This document shows positions 1 through 16,760 of a stretch of 64,000 nt of DNA, piece after piece. This stretch comes from Macrostomum lignano. Lineage: Eukaryota. Each line of letters starts with the position of its first letter. Position 1 is the first letter of the stretch. The position numbers and the translations under genes are program-made. Below the pieces are notes generated by a model. The model was not told the DNA's origin, did no database searches, and was given only the letters and a program-made list of their open reading frames with translations. The stretch is taken from contig NIVC01000522.1 in assembly GCA_002269645.1 (NCBI GenBank), positions 124,001-188,000 of the forward strand. The letters run 5' to 3'.

Positions 1-8
1 TGAGTGGG

Positions 9-315
<307 letters not shown>

Positions 316-334
316 GCCAGTCAGTCTGTGAGCT

Positions 335-482
335 TAGTAGCGCCATTTCTGTGTGTTTAGTGGCGCCATTTCTGTGTGTTTAGTGGCGCCATTTCTGTGT
401 GTTTAGTGGCGCCATTTCTGTGTGTTTAGTGGCGCCATTTCTGTGTGTTTAGTGGTGCCATTTCTGTGTGTTTAGTGGCGCC
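335..482. repeat. 23-bp tandem repeat TAGTGGCGCCATTTCTGTGTGTT, ~6 copies
   Basis: Read directly, period 23. Confidence 0.92.
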
Positions 483-1037
483 AAAAAATCTACGCCGCTA
501 ACTAAGTCGGTAACAGCAGGCAACAAACTTTGCTCCCAGAAGACAGCAGCGGGTCTCTTAGTGAACGTCAGTGGCTCTAAAGGCTAGAAGTTCAAATTAC
601 CAAAGGACGACAGACATTTGCCTCACTGACGGAGTGTCACGGCCGTCAACGCAAGCACCGCGATGACAAGTGTACCTGTGCCTCCAACCCCACCCCTTCT
701 ACCCAGGAGCATTTCATATGTTTATAGCCAGAAACTCTTGGTAGAGGGCAGGCATCAGGCAACAGGGGTCAGATGTGGCATGCCCTGTTGGCAGGGTTAA
801 CTGACTGACATACTAGCTAGACTCAGTAGGTTATTGAAAACTACGCCAGAATGGTGGCTTTCATCAAATATTCCAGGTCATGTCCTGTTGAACAAATGAA
901 AAATCAGCAGCGCCTGAAGCGGGAAGGCCTGAAATAAAGGCATGCCTGTAGCACATAACTGCTTGAGACTGATCCAAAAACTCAAGGATCACGCTTCACC
1001 CCCGAACCACTCCTCCCAAGACATCGAGAAACCGGGT

Positions 1038-1805
1038 ACCCACCAAGAGACAGTAGGCGCCGACCATGAGACAGGGGACAGGGGGCGCCCACCATGAGAC
1101 AGGGACGCCCACCATGAGACAGGGACGCCCACAAAGAGACAGGGGCGCTCACCAAGAGACAGCGGCACCCATCATGAGACAGGGGCACCCATCATGAGAC
1201 AGGGGCACCCATCATGAGACAGGGGCACCCATCATGAGACAGGGGCACCCATCATGAGACAGGGGCACCCATCATGAGACAGGGGCACCCACCAAGAGAC
1301 AGGGGCGCTCACCAAGAGACAGGGGCACCCACCAAGAGACAGGGGCACCCACCAAGAGACAGGGGCGCCCACCAAGAGACAGGGGCACCCACCAAGAGAC
1401 AGGGGCGCTCACCAAGAGACAGGGGCGCCCACCAAGAGACAGGGGCACCCACCAAGAGACAGGGGCACCCACCAAGAGACAGGGGCACCCATCATGAGAC
1501 AGGGGCACCCATCATGAGACAGGGGCACCCACCAAGAGACAGGGGCGCTCACCAAGAGACAGGGGCGCCCACCAAGAGACAGGGGCACCCACCAAGAGAC
1601 AGGGGCACCCACCAAGAGACAGGGGCACCCACCAAGAGACAGGGGCACCCACCAAGAGACAGGGGCACCCAAGCACCAAGAGACAGGGGCGCCCACCAAG
1701 AGACAGGGGCACCCACCAAGAGACAGGGGCACCTACCAAGAGACAGGGGCACCCAAGCACCAAGAGACAGGGGCGCCCACGAAGAGACAGGGGCGCCCAC
1801 CAAGA
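1038..1805 (+). repeat. 20-bp minisatellite ACCAAGAGACAGGGGC(A/G)CCC
   Basis: Same family as the arrays at 21447, 28107 and 35598. Confidence 0.95.
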
Positions 1806-2794
1806 CACACAACGTTGGCGCAAAGGTGGACTGCGGCCTCTTCTTATTAAAGAACACGCAGTACTTTGGCTTTTTAAGCCTCCAGTGCAGTCTTCAACAA
1901 ATTTCCAATCGGAAACCAACCATTTTTATTTACACACTGGAAGGTTTAAGAAAACTGAATGCAACATTTGAGCTGTCAGAAAAGTTTTCCATCGAACGGC
2001 AGTGTTACCTTTCAGTACCTGCTTTTTCACTTTGCAGGAGGCTGCATTTTTCAATATTGCCACGGCGGCCAGATACGGACTTATTGTGGACAGAATGGAC
2101 AGACGGGCCCAGAAAAAGCATTCAGGAGAAGCTCTATCACTGCCAACTCTGCGCCAGACAGGCCAATGTCCAGTTCACTAGTGCGGCTGATGGATCCGAG
2201 TGAGGGAAAGTTCATCGTAAAAATAGACGCTTTTCCCTCAGTAACCAGCTTTGAAAAAAAAAGTTTTATTTTTGCGTCGAACTTCCTTAATGGAATTGGC
2301 GGATCCGTCAGGCGGACTGCAGGAATCCCTGGAAATATCAGATCGGTGGAAAAGTTCCTGGGGCCAGCTGTGTCTGTCTGGCAATTCTGTTGCAGAATCG
2401 TTCAATATTCACCGGGGTGTACAGCTCTGATTTTATAGTATTGTACAAATCAGCAGGACACCTGAGAGACAGGTCTGAGCGGAGGTCTTACCTGAAGAGT
2501 ACAAATCAGTGCTTTCAGTTGCTATCCTTAGGGACTTCCACCAGATAATTGTTCAGGGTCGAAGTTTAAAGGGATCGGTTTCTGGGGGGAGGGGGAGATC
2601 GAGCCAGCAGCCCCCGGGAGGGCCGCCCTTGTCAGTGCGGTAGACAAGGGCAGGGCAAAGCACCGCCAGTAATCATCCTTGCCGTTGTGTTCAGCTATTT
2701 TTCAAAAACGTTTTTGCTGCTTTTCAGTGAGCCTCCCTCTGTCCAGCGCTTTGAAACTGTGCTCTCCACTGCTGGGCGTTTATAAAAGCTTTTA

Positions 2795-3520
2795 CTGTCT
2801 ACTCTGTCCACCCTGTCTACTCTGTCAACCCTGTCTACTCTGTCCACCCTGTCTACTCTGTCCACCCTGTCTACTCTGTCCACCCTGTCTACTCTGTCCA
2901 CCCTGTCTACTCTGTCCACCCTGTCTACTCTGTCAACCCTGTCTACTCTGTCCACCCTGTCTACTCTGTCCACCCTGTCTACTCTGTCCACCCTGTCTAC
3001 TCTGTCCACCCTGTCTACTCTGTCAACCCTGTCTACTCTGTCAACCCTGTCTACTCTGTCCACCCTGTCTACTCTGTCCACCCTGTCCACCTTGTCTACT
3101 CTGTCTACTCTTACTTCACTGTCTACCCTCTGAATTCTTTCTACCCTTTCTACCCTATCTACCCTGACTACCCTATCTACCCTGACTACCCTATCTACCC
3201 TGACTACCCTATCTACCCTGACTACCCTATCTACCCTGACTACCCTATCTACCCTGACTACCCTATCTACCCTGACTACCCTATCTACCCTGACTACCCT
3301 ATCTACCCTGACTACCCTATCTACCCTGACTACCCTATCTACCCTGACTACCCTATCTACCCTGACTACCTTATCTACCCTGACTACCTTATCTACCCTG
3401 ACTACCCTATCGACGTACCTTGACTACCCTATCTACCCTGACTATCCTGACTACCGTGTATGCCCTGTCTACCCTGTCTACTCTGACTACCTTATCTACC
3501 CTATCTCCCTATCTACCCAG
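2795..3520. repeat. 18-bp minisatellites (CTGTCTACTCTGTCCACC then CTGACTACCCTATCTACC)
   Basis: Read directly. Built from 9-bp half units. Confidence 0.92.
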
Positions 3521-4074
3521 CTTGTAGATAGACCTTCATTATGATCACATTTTCTAATCCGTACTCTATGTTAGCTCCACTACTCTGTGTAACAAAAACA
3601 TTGAATAAAATTGCTCAACAAAACACAGAAGCAGAACTCAATCAGGAAAATTCCCACAGCAAATGACACTTCTTCACCTTCCTTCCCTCCATATTATTCC
3701 GGAACTCGCCATGGGAAGTCAAGCACAAGCGATCAAGCAGTAAACTCACTGACAATATTGATTGTTATTTTCTCCGTTACGAAGCGGCCGAACTCCACCC
3801 AACCCCACGAAAACACTCCAGGGAGATCTCAGCTCCTCCCCCAAGCAGTCGCAGAACCGCTGTCTCCCCGTGTCATATTATTATCATACATGTTGCTGAC
3901 AAAAATGAACTGACGACAAACATGTTAAATGAGCGGCTTTTATGTTATCTCCTATAGCTACTTGTTAGTAGCATTTGGCTAGCTACTACTGACATAAGTA
4001 GCCACATTAAAAAGGAGTTCTTTTCTTTTGCTTACAGTGAATGTCGTGCACTTGCGGCACCAATACGCGGGTCC

Positions 4075-4670
4075 ACTCTGACTACCCTGACTACCTGACT
4101 TCCCGAACTACCGTGTCTACCCTGACTACCGTGTCTACCCTGACTACCGTGTCTACCCTGACCATCGTGTCTACCTGACTACCGTGTCTACCCTGACTAC
4201 CGTGTCTACCCTGACTACCGTGTCTACCCTGACTACCGTGTCTACCCTAACTACCGTGTCTACCCTAACTACCGTGTCTACCCTGACTACCGTGTCTACC
4301 CTAACTACCGTGTCTACCCTGACTACCGTGTCTACCCTGACTACCGTGTCCACCCTGACTACCGTGTCCATCCTAACTACTGTGTCTACCCTGACTACCG
4401 TGTCTACCCTAACTACCGTGTCTACCCTGACTACCGTTTCTACCCTAACTATCGTTTTTACCTGACTACCGTGTCTACCCTGACTATCATAATTACCCTA
4501 ACTACCCTGACTACCCTGACTACCCTGACTACCCTGAATAACCTATCAACCCTAACTATCCTGACTACCGTGTCTACCCGAACTACCGTGTTCACCCTAA
4601 CTACCATGTCTACCAGCTGTCTACCGTGACTACCTTGTCTACCCTGCCTACCCTGTCTACCTTATCTATC
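4075..4670. repeat. 18-bp minisatellite CTGACTACCGTGTCTACC
   Basis: Read directly. Related to the 2795-3520 array. Confidence 0.92.
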
Positions 4671-5033
4671 CTGCGACAACACACAGACAGGCAATACTGA
4701 CCCAGCAGTATTAGCATGCAGTAGAATACATGTACAAAAGATTTGGTGAATATATTTCTTAAAATTCTTTGTAGTAAATTCAGCCTATCGGTAATTTACA
4801 CTTTTGTCTTGAGTGGATCTTGATAAGCATATGAAGGTGAAATTAAATAATATTATAGGTTGCACGCAAGCATCAAGAGCTCAATGCTGATACGTTACGA
4901 TTCGGAGTGCAAAAAAAATATTTTAGCAAACTATAAGTTTCACTACACAGGGTAAACTCGAGTACAGGTTGCCACGCGACCAGTAGTAGCCTTAGAAACA
5001 GGTGCCCAGGTGTCAAAACCCTACCCTATCTGA

Positions 5034-5566
5034 TAGGTGTTACACACCCCAATTATCACACAGGTGTTACACATCCCAATTATCACACAGGTGTTACACA
5101 TCCCAATTATCACACAGGTGTTACACATCCCAATTATCACACAGGTGTTACACACCACAATTATCACAGGTGTTACACATCCCAAATATCACACAGATGT
5201 TACACACTCCAATTATCACACAGGTGTTACACACTCCAATTATCACACAGGTGTTACACATCCCAATTATCACACAGATGTTACACATCCCAATTCTCAC
5301 ACGTGTGTTACACATCCCAATTATCACACAGGTGTTACACATCCCAATTATCACACAGGTGTTACACAGCCCAATTATCACACAGGTGTTACACATCCCA
5401 ATTATCACACAGGTGTTACACATCCCAATTATCACACAGATGTTACACATCTCAATTATCACACAGGTGTTACACATCCCAATTATCACACAGGTGTTAC
5501 ACATCCCAATTATCACACAGGTGTTACACACCCCAATTATCAAAGGTGTTACACATCCCAATCACA
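5034..5566. repeat. 27-bp minisatellite CAGGTGTTACACATCCCAATTATCACA
   Basis: Read directly. Lies just 3' of the Rac-like stop. Confidence 0.93.
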
Positions 5567-5636
5567 CCACAGTATCACACTGGTCAGCCAGTACAGACCA
5601 GTTTGAGTCAGTCAAGTTGAGCACAGAGGCAAAAGT

Positions 5637-6230
5637 TCACAAAACCGAACAGAATCCACTGAACCGCCGCCTCGGCTGACTTCTCTTCTTTCTCATCTTG
5701 AGCACGCACATCACGGCCTCTTCAAAGAGCTCTTTGAGTCCCATGTTCAGCTTGGCAGAGCACTCCATGTAGGCCTCGGCGCGGATCTCGTGAGCCAATC
5801 GACGGCCCTCCTCTGTGCTCACGGGTTTCTGACCGAACCGTTCGAGCTCCTTGAGCTTGTCCGGATCAGTTCTCAAGTCGCTCTTGGTTCCAACCAGAAT
5901 GATGGGTGCATTGCCACAGTGGTGCTGTAGTTCTGGGTACCACTTGGCCAGGACATTGTCCCGGCTGTGTGGGTTCACCAGGGAGAAGCAGATCAGGAAG
6001 ATGTCTGTCTTGGGGTAGCTCAGCGGTCTGAGCCGGTCATAGTCCTCTTGTCCGGCCGTGTCCCAGAGGCCGAGACAGACAGGCTTGCTGTCAATCACGA
6101 TGTTGGTGGAGTAGTTGTCAAACACTGTGGGCGTGTACTCGGCCGGGAAGGCGTTCTCTGAGTAGGACATGAGCAGGCAAGTCTTGCCAACGTCCCCATC
6201 GCCAACGACAACACATTTCACCGCCTGCAT
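5637..6230 (-). CDS. Rac/RhoG-like Rho-family small GTPase, intronless, 197 aa
   Basis: ATG at 6230 gives [54 protein letters not shown] and ECSAK. It ends in a polybasic region and CAAX ([18 protein letters not shown]). Clearly Rac-like, but the exact orthologue is not assignable by eye. Confidence 0.93.
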   Translation of the reverse strand: MQAVKCVVVGDGDVGKTCLLMSYSENAFPAEYTPTVFDNYSTNIVIDSKPVCLGLWDTAGQEDYDRLRPLSYPKTDIFLICFSLVNPHSRDNVLAKWYPELQHHCGNAPIILVGTKSDLRTDPDKLKELERFGQKPVSTEEGRRLAHEIRAEAYMECSAKLNMGLKELFEEAVMCVLKMRKKRSQPRRRFSGFCSVL

Positions 6231-6710
6231 TGGAAACGAATTTGCGGAGACAAGGATTACTACGGGTATTAGGTAATTATGTTGATAGCTAATTTGAACA
6301 CAAGGTGTTGAATGATTTAATACTACGCAACTGCAAATTCTCTCTCTCTTGCTGGTGAAACTCGCGCTAACCGCTGGGTGCACATTCAGTTCATCGAGAT
6401 TCGTTTGTGCGCGCTTTCTGGCAAAGCAGACAGTTTCGCCTCCAATTGTAAACCGGAAACAGGATGAGTGACCGAGCATGCATAGGGAGTGTGTGAAGAT
6501 TGGGTTTTTCAAACAACAAAAACTGCCTCTCTGCATGTTTGATTTCTTATCTCTATCTAACATGCTAAATTTCGCTGCTTATATAGAAATATATAAGGTG
6601 TGCACGTCGGCCCACGTACATCATGAGGTTTGCGAGCAGTGCAGTCAACACAGCACTGCTTCAAGCATGCATGACATCATTTATGCACTGTACTAAGTTC
6701 CCTTTGGGCA

Positions 6711-7961
<1,251 letters not shown>

Positions 7962-8626
7962 ATCAAAGCTAAATCTACATGCTTGAACAAAGAATGCGAA
8001 CTCCTATACTCTCAAGAGATCTCGCAACACTCTACTTAAAGTAGAAAATTTGAAATTCAGGCTACAATTATTTTATTTTAGTCGTCCCTAATAAAATCTT
8101 TCTTGTACCTTGCCCTTTTTGAATAATTTTTTGACCTCTAATTATCGCAGGAATATAGCTATTATAGATTTGTAGCCTATATGATTACGCTGAACAATTA
8201 AAAGCACTTAGCCTTAAACCGCTGATCACATCAGCAAAACCCAGTTTCTGGGCTGAATATTATCGATCGGTTGACTTTGCCTTGACATTTCAAGCCCCAC
8301 TCACAGTTCAGTGGCAACTCCTGAATGCTGACAGCACAGCAACTGACGCCCCTTATCACAGATCTCAAATGCGCCAAGCTTTCACAGAAACTAAAATGTC
8401 CTTTGCCAGATAACAGACAGATAAATTTGTGCGATAAGAAAACCAGTGCCAATTGTGATTATCACAGTGAACCAATGGCTCCCATGTTAGTCATAAATTT
8501 TTCCGTGAAATATGACAAAATTTTTCAAGAAATGAAAATGATCATATCTGGTAACAGTCTAGATTTCCGGATGAATCTGTGTCATGCATTGATTCATGCT
8601 TAGACTGTTCTAGAATCTCACTGATA

Positions 8627-9160
8627 TCTCTGATCTCCTCTCACCCTCTCTCTGATCTCCTCTCACCCTCTCTCTGATCTCCTCTCACCTTCTCTCTGAT
8701 CTCCGCTCACCCTCTCTCTGATCTCCTCTCACCCTCTAACTGATCTCCTCTCACTCTCTCTCTGATCTCCTCTCACCCTCTCTCTGATCTCCTCTCACCC
8801 TCTCTCTGATCTCCTCTCACCTTCTCTCTGATCTCCTCTCACTCTCTCTCTGATCTCCTCTCACCCTCTCTCTGATCTCCTCTCACTCTCTCTCTGATCT
8901 CCTCTCACCCTCTCTCTGATCTCCTCTCACTCTCTCTCTGATCTCCTCTCACCCTCTCTCTGATCTCCTCTCACTCTCTCTCTGATCTCCTCTCACTCTC
9001 TCTCTCTCTGATCTCCTTTCCCCCAATCTCTGATCTCCTCTCACCCTCTCTCTGATCTCCTCTCACCCTCTCTCTGATCTTCTCTCACCCTCTCTCTAAT
9101 CTCCTCGCATTCTCTCTCTGATCTCCTCTCACCCTCTCTCTGATCTCCTCTCACCCTCCT
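8627..9160. repeat. 22-bp CT-rich minisatellite CTGATCTCCTCTCACCCTCTCT
   Basis: Read directly. Confidence 0.92.
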
Positions 9161-9759
9161 TTCATCCTTAAAGTCGATAAATGAACATTTAGTAGTATGA
9201 AGAATTGACTTTTGTTAGTTTTTGCTGGTCAGTAAAATGAATAATAAAGCATCAAAGTAGGTGAGTATTGATTCAGTTTCAACATGGCCTTTTTCTACCA
9301 CGGTTTAGCACAAGTCAATGGAAAGTAAATTGGGTGAAAAGCTTTCTAAGCAAAATGATTAGTTTTTGTTTTTAACTAAAGCAAAGTTGTTATGCAAATA
9401 GAGGTATTAGGTAGGACATTGCTAAAGTCAATGGGCATTAGCAAAAGAGGGACAGTCTTTTAACGACAAAATGTTTATAGAATATAAACTTATATTATAC
9501 TATTTATAGAATATATACAGGACTGCCCATGGAATTTCCATGAGCTAGGGGCGTACATTCATCTGTGTACAGTGATGTATTTACAAGTGTCTATTGGTCT
9601 ATACTAGAGTTTGGCAATGCAACGATAAAATGTTAAGCGTTAATATAAAGGAATGAAATGTAAAGATCAGGAAGTGCATGCGGTACTTCTATTCATGAAT
9701 ATCTACACAATTAAAATAATTGCATTATGACGTTATCAAAATTGATTAATTACTTTATA

Positions 9760-10117
9760 TAGCGCCACATAAATAGAGCCACATCGATAGCTCTACATTG
9801 ATAGCGCCATATAAATAGAGCCACATTGATAGCACCACATTGATAGCGCCACATTGATAGCGCCACATCGATAGCGCCACATCGATAGCGCCATATTGAT
9901 AGCGCCACATTGATAGCGCCATATTGATAGCGCCACATCGATAGCGCCATATTGATAGCGCCACATAAATAGCGCCACATTGATAGCGCCACATAAATAG
10001 CGCCACATTGATAGCTCCACATTGATAGCGCCACATAAATAGAGCCACATCGATAGCGCCACATAAATAGCGCCATATTGATAGCGCCACATAAATAGCG
10101 CCACATTGATAGCGCCT
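9760..10117. repeat. 14-bp minisatellite GATAGCGCCACATT
   Basis: Read directly. Confidence 0.92.
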
Positions 10118-10215
10118 AATGAAGCTGCACTTTATTTACACAGAAAATTTTTGTACAAAACGCTCAGAAACTACTCAGCATCCCTATGTACAATCGAGCA
10201 GCACCTCATCTTATC

Positions 10216-13137
<2,922 letters not shown>

Positions 13138-13744
13138 GGCCGCAGTTAGGCGGTCCAAGTTGCCATGGCAACGCTGAGCACAGTATTATCTCAGAGGCGG
13201 GTGGAGCTGCAGCTGTAGGGGATGAGAGATTACAGAGATGCTGCACACAGCAGCAGCTGCATCAGGTCAGATGAGGAGAGACAGAAGTTTCCCTCCCAAG
13301 TCTCTCTCTCCCACTCATCCAGCCAGTCCATCGGGAAATTGCTTTACGACAAAATAATTCTGCCAATCAGAGTGATTGGGTTTCTCACCGTGGCCGAAAT
13401 CAAATACAAAACTGCACCTGTGCTTTAATTACTGTCTGAGCAAAGATTCAAAAGGGGAAAATTAACTCAGAGTGGCACCTACTCGTATGGGAAATCTCAA
13501 AGCTTTCCAAGACAATTTTGGTGGAATTATCAGATGCCTATTGAACTGCAAGCATGACAATGGCGCCAGGGTGGATTTTATTTACCACGACTCCCATTTG
13601 TGTCCACAGTTGCAAAACAGCTGCTAGTTGCCATCGGAACTCGGGCTAGTGTGAAGTCCAGCACAGTGCAACCGGGTCTTCTCTTGGTTCTGCTCTTCTA
13701 TAAGTTTTCTTCTGTTGCAGTTAAACACGTGGCAGAAATTTCAT

Positions 13745-13930
13745 GACGTGGAAAGCAGAGAGAGAGAGAGAGAGCGAGCTGGGTCGTGGGGGAGGGCAGC
13801 CCTCATAGTTTGAAATACTTGGCGGTGGGGTGGTCGCCCAGCCAATGACCTGAAGGCTAGAGATAAAGCATTGAAAAGGTCGTCGAAGTGTAGAGACCTG
13901 GCGGGTCGGGCGGGGGTGGGAGGCCAACCG
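13745..13930 (-). mobile_element. Possible 3' end of another LINE/SINE with a (TC)n tail
   Basis: GC-rich segment ending ...GGCTGCCCTCCCCCACGACCCAGCTCGC(TC)n. No protein motif is certain. Confidence 0.25.
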
Positions 13931-14303
13931 CTTTTCTTTCTTCGCAGTTTCTCTGCGTTGTCAAGCGTTGCCATGGACAACTCTGTGTAATAGCTAAGTA
14001 GTTTCTTTGCATTGTGCCCGAGGGTAAATTAGAACCCAAAACCCCGTGCCGTAGCTAGCATGCCTGCCCTGGCAGCCAGAGCGTGACTGACTGCGGGTAA
14101 CAGAGGAGGCACAATGAACTACTGATGCCTGCACACCCGCTGTCATGCAGAAGATGCCTATTTTTGCCTATGAATAACTGGCTGCTGCCACTCTGATTTA
14201 TTTTAAATTCTTCCAGAGTTTTATAAACAGGATGTTGAAAATTTTACAATATGGAATATGGGATGAGTTAATAACACCGGAAGCCTTTTTGGCATTACGT
14301 AAA

Positions 14304-14814
14304 TATTGGTTTTGTCAGCCTAACTGAGAATAAAACCATCCAAAGTGAGAATCCTGCCTACGCTGACTGCGAAGGGCCTGGCTGCGTGCAGCCTTAGTCT
14401 ATGGGCCATAGACTATAAAGGACAAGCAAAGTGATAAAAAGCCATCCAATGTGAGAATCCTGCCTACGCTGAATACGAAGGGCCTAGCTGCGTCCAGCCT
14501 AGTCTATGAGCCATAGACTATAAAGGACAAGCAAAGTGATAAAAAGCCATCCAAAGTGAGAATCCTGCCTACGCTGACTGCGAAGGGCCTGGCTGCGTGC
14601 AGCCTTAGTCTATGAGCCATAAACTATAAAGGACAAGCAAAGTTTTAAAAGACCAATCGATTCTCACATTGGATGGCTTTTTATCACTTTGCTTGTCCTT
14701 TATTGTCTATGGCCCATAGACTAAGGCTGCACGCAGCCAGACCCTTCGCAGTCAGCGTAGGCAGGATTCTCACTTTGAATGGCTTTATTCTCAGTTAGGC
14801 TGACAAAACCAATA
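14304..14814. mobile_element. Foldback/MITE with ~154-bp terminal inverted repeats and three internal ~106-bp tandem units
   Basis: TATTGGTTTTGTCAGCCTAACTGAGAATAAA... at 14304 is mirrored at 14661-14814 with only a few mismatches. Terminal TA. Units start at 14336, 14442 and 14547. Confidence 0.8.
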
Positions 14815-14938
14815 CTATTTTATTTATTCGAACTGTCATTTTTAGACACTGCCGAAATTTCTGCTTTCGTCTATGGTCTAAAATGGTTCTGCCTGAGCTT
14901 AAAGTCTGAAATTTCAATGCTCTCCCCATCTACACGGC

Positions 14939-15474
14939 TTTGGCCATAGACAATTGTCAAAGCATGGGGTGGATAGCGATTCTGACAGGACAGATGGCTG
15001 CACCAGCTCCAGTATCCACTGTACGCCTATCCTTGACCTATTTTACACTCCTGCACTTAAACAAGCAATTGTTTAACTTCAGCAGTATAGGATTGAAGCA
15101 AGTTTAGTGTCGGACACAGGACACAGTTCAGCTAATATTAGAATAACGTGTGGCTAATTTTAGTTTGTCGGGCATTAAGTTCCTGGAAATGACCGACTTC
15201 ACTAGGCTTGTTACTAGTAAAGTTGCACTTTTCTAACAATAGACTGCTTGCATTAATCCTCTAGCTGGGTTATAACTTTGCATTGATCTGTAGCAATGGT
15301 TAGCGAGGCCCAGTTACAGTGTAGGAAAATGTTTGGAACACGTGACAACTGCAGTAGCTATAGGTAGCAAAGGTAGCCTACGAGCTAAGTTGAGATGGAG
15401 GACAGTAAAGAACGCGGCTTGAGTATGCTCTGGAGAAATCGGATTATTTTAGCTGGAATTTGTCTATGGCCAAA
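14939..15474. mobile_element. Possible MITE with 15-bp inverted termini
   Basis: TTTGGCCATAGACAA at 14939-14953 and its perfect complement at 15460-15474. No TSD recognised. Confidence 0.3.
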
Positions 15475-15584
15475 CCCCATGAAGTGCTACATGTTTTCTC
15501 GAACACACTACATGGAAATGCACTAACCTGATACGAGTACACTCCACTAATCTGGTATATTTTACCAACATTATGGAATATATG

Positions 15585-16435
15585 CCACTAACCTTTCACA
15601 TTCCACTAACCTTGTACATGCCACAACCTTTTACATTCCACTACCCTTGTACATGCCACAACCTTTTACATTACCCTAACTTTGTACCTGCCACAACCTT
15701 TCACATTACCCTAACCTTGTACATGCCACAACCTTTCACATTCCACTACCCTTGTACATGCCACAACCTTTTACATTACCCTAACCTTGTACATGCCACA
15801 ACCTTTCACATTCCACTACCCTTGTACCTGCCACAACCTTTCACATTCCACTACCCTTGTACCTGCCACAACCTTTCACATTCCACTAACCTTGTACCTG
15901 CCACAACCTTTCACATTCCACTACCCTTGTACCTGCCACAACCTTTCACATTTCACTAACCTTGTACCTGCCACAACCTTCACATTCACATTGTACCTGC
16001 TACATTCCACTTGTACCTGCCACAACCTTTCACATTACCCTAACCTTGTACCTGCCACAACCTTTCACATTACCCTAACCTTGTACATGCCACAACCTTT
16101 CACATTCCACTACCCTTGTACATGCCACAACCTTTCACATTCCACTACCCTTGTACCTGCCACAACCTTCACATTCCACTACCCTTGTACCTGCCACAAC
16201 CTTTCACATTCCACTAACCTTGTACTTGCCACAACCTTTCACATTCCACTAACCTTGTACATGCCACAACCTTTCACATTCCACTACCCTTGTACATGCC
16301 ACAACCTTTTACATTACCCTAACCTTGTACCTGCCACAACCTTTCACATTCCACTACCCTTGTACATGCCACAACCTTTCACATTCCACTACCCTTGTAC
16401 TTGCCACAACCTTTCACATTCCACTGACCTTGTAC
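15585..16435. repeat. 35-bp minisatellite CCACAACCTTTCACATTCCACTACCCTTGTACCTG
   Basis: Read directly. Abuts the Gypsy LTR. Confidence 0.93.
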
Positions 16436-16448
16436 ATAATTTTGCTAG

Positions 16449-16738
16449 TGTTGGGGTTGTACTTTGGTTTTTCATGTTGTTTCACTTGTCTCTCTCTCTC
16501 TCTCTCTCCCGTGACTGATCATTCTTGCGCGCTATCGTTTTACCCCTACCTGTGTACATTTGTGCTTGCCAGTGTGCATGGTTTAAACCCCCAGCCAATC
16601 GGATGGCGTGTGTCTACTAATGTACGTGGTTTCGTGTTATGTAGTCAAATAAATACTTTCGTCACTTCGGTAGAGATCTTTCAATGGTATTCTCCTTCGC
16701 TTGCAAACATGACTTGACTCAGTTTTCCTAGACTAACA
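16449..16738 (+). repeat. Putative 5' LTR (290 bp)
   Basis: Starts TGTTGGGG, ends CTAACA immediately before the PBS, and contains AATAAA. It cannot be confirmed against a partner LTR. Confidence 0.6.
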
Positions 16739-16760
16739 TTTTGGCGTCGCAAGCAGGATC

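Noticed and set aside
1810-2690. Coding-like segment between satellites
   Set aside because: All frames are interrupted and I recognised no motif.
982-5679. Repeat-peptide ORFs (PPRDRG, DRV, TTVSTL, HIPIITQVL) and similar ORFs at 28-29, 32.5-36, 43.7-44.5 and 57 kb
   Set aside because: They are translations of minisatellites that are open in several frames and on both strands, with no domain content.
6231-6563. 110-aa N-terminal extension of the Rac-like ORF
   Set aside because: The canonical Rac start MQAVKC is at 6230. The upstream frame begins at a non-ATG codon, is not protein-like and contains a plausible acceptor.
8177-8413. 78-codon open frame after a TGTAG acceptor (LYDYAEQLKALSLKPL..FWAEYYRS..)
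   Set aside because: No recognisable homology or partner exons. Could be chance, and needs a database search.
13230-13340. DWLDEWE-containing frame reminiscent of P/THAP9 transposases
   Set aside because: Only ~37 codons between stops, with no further motifs.
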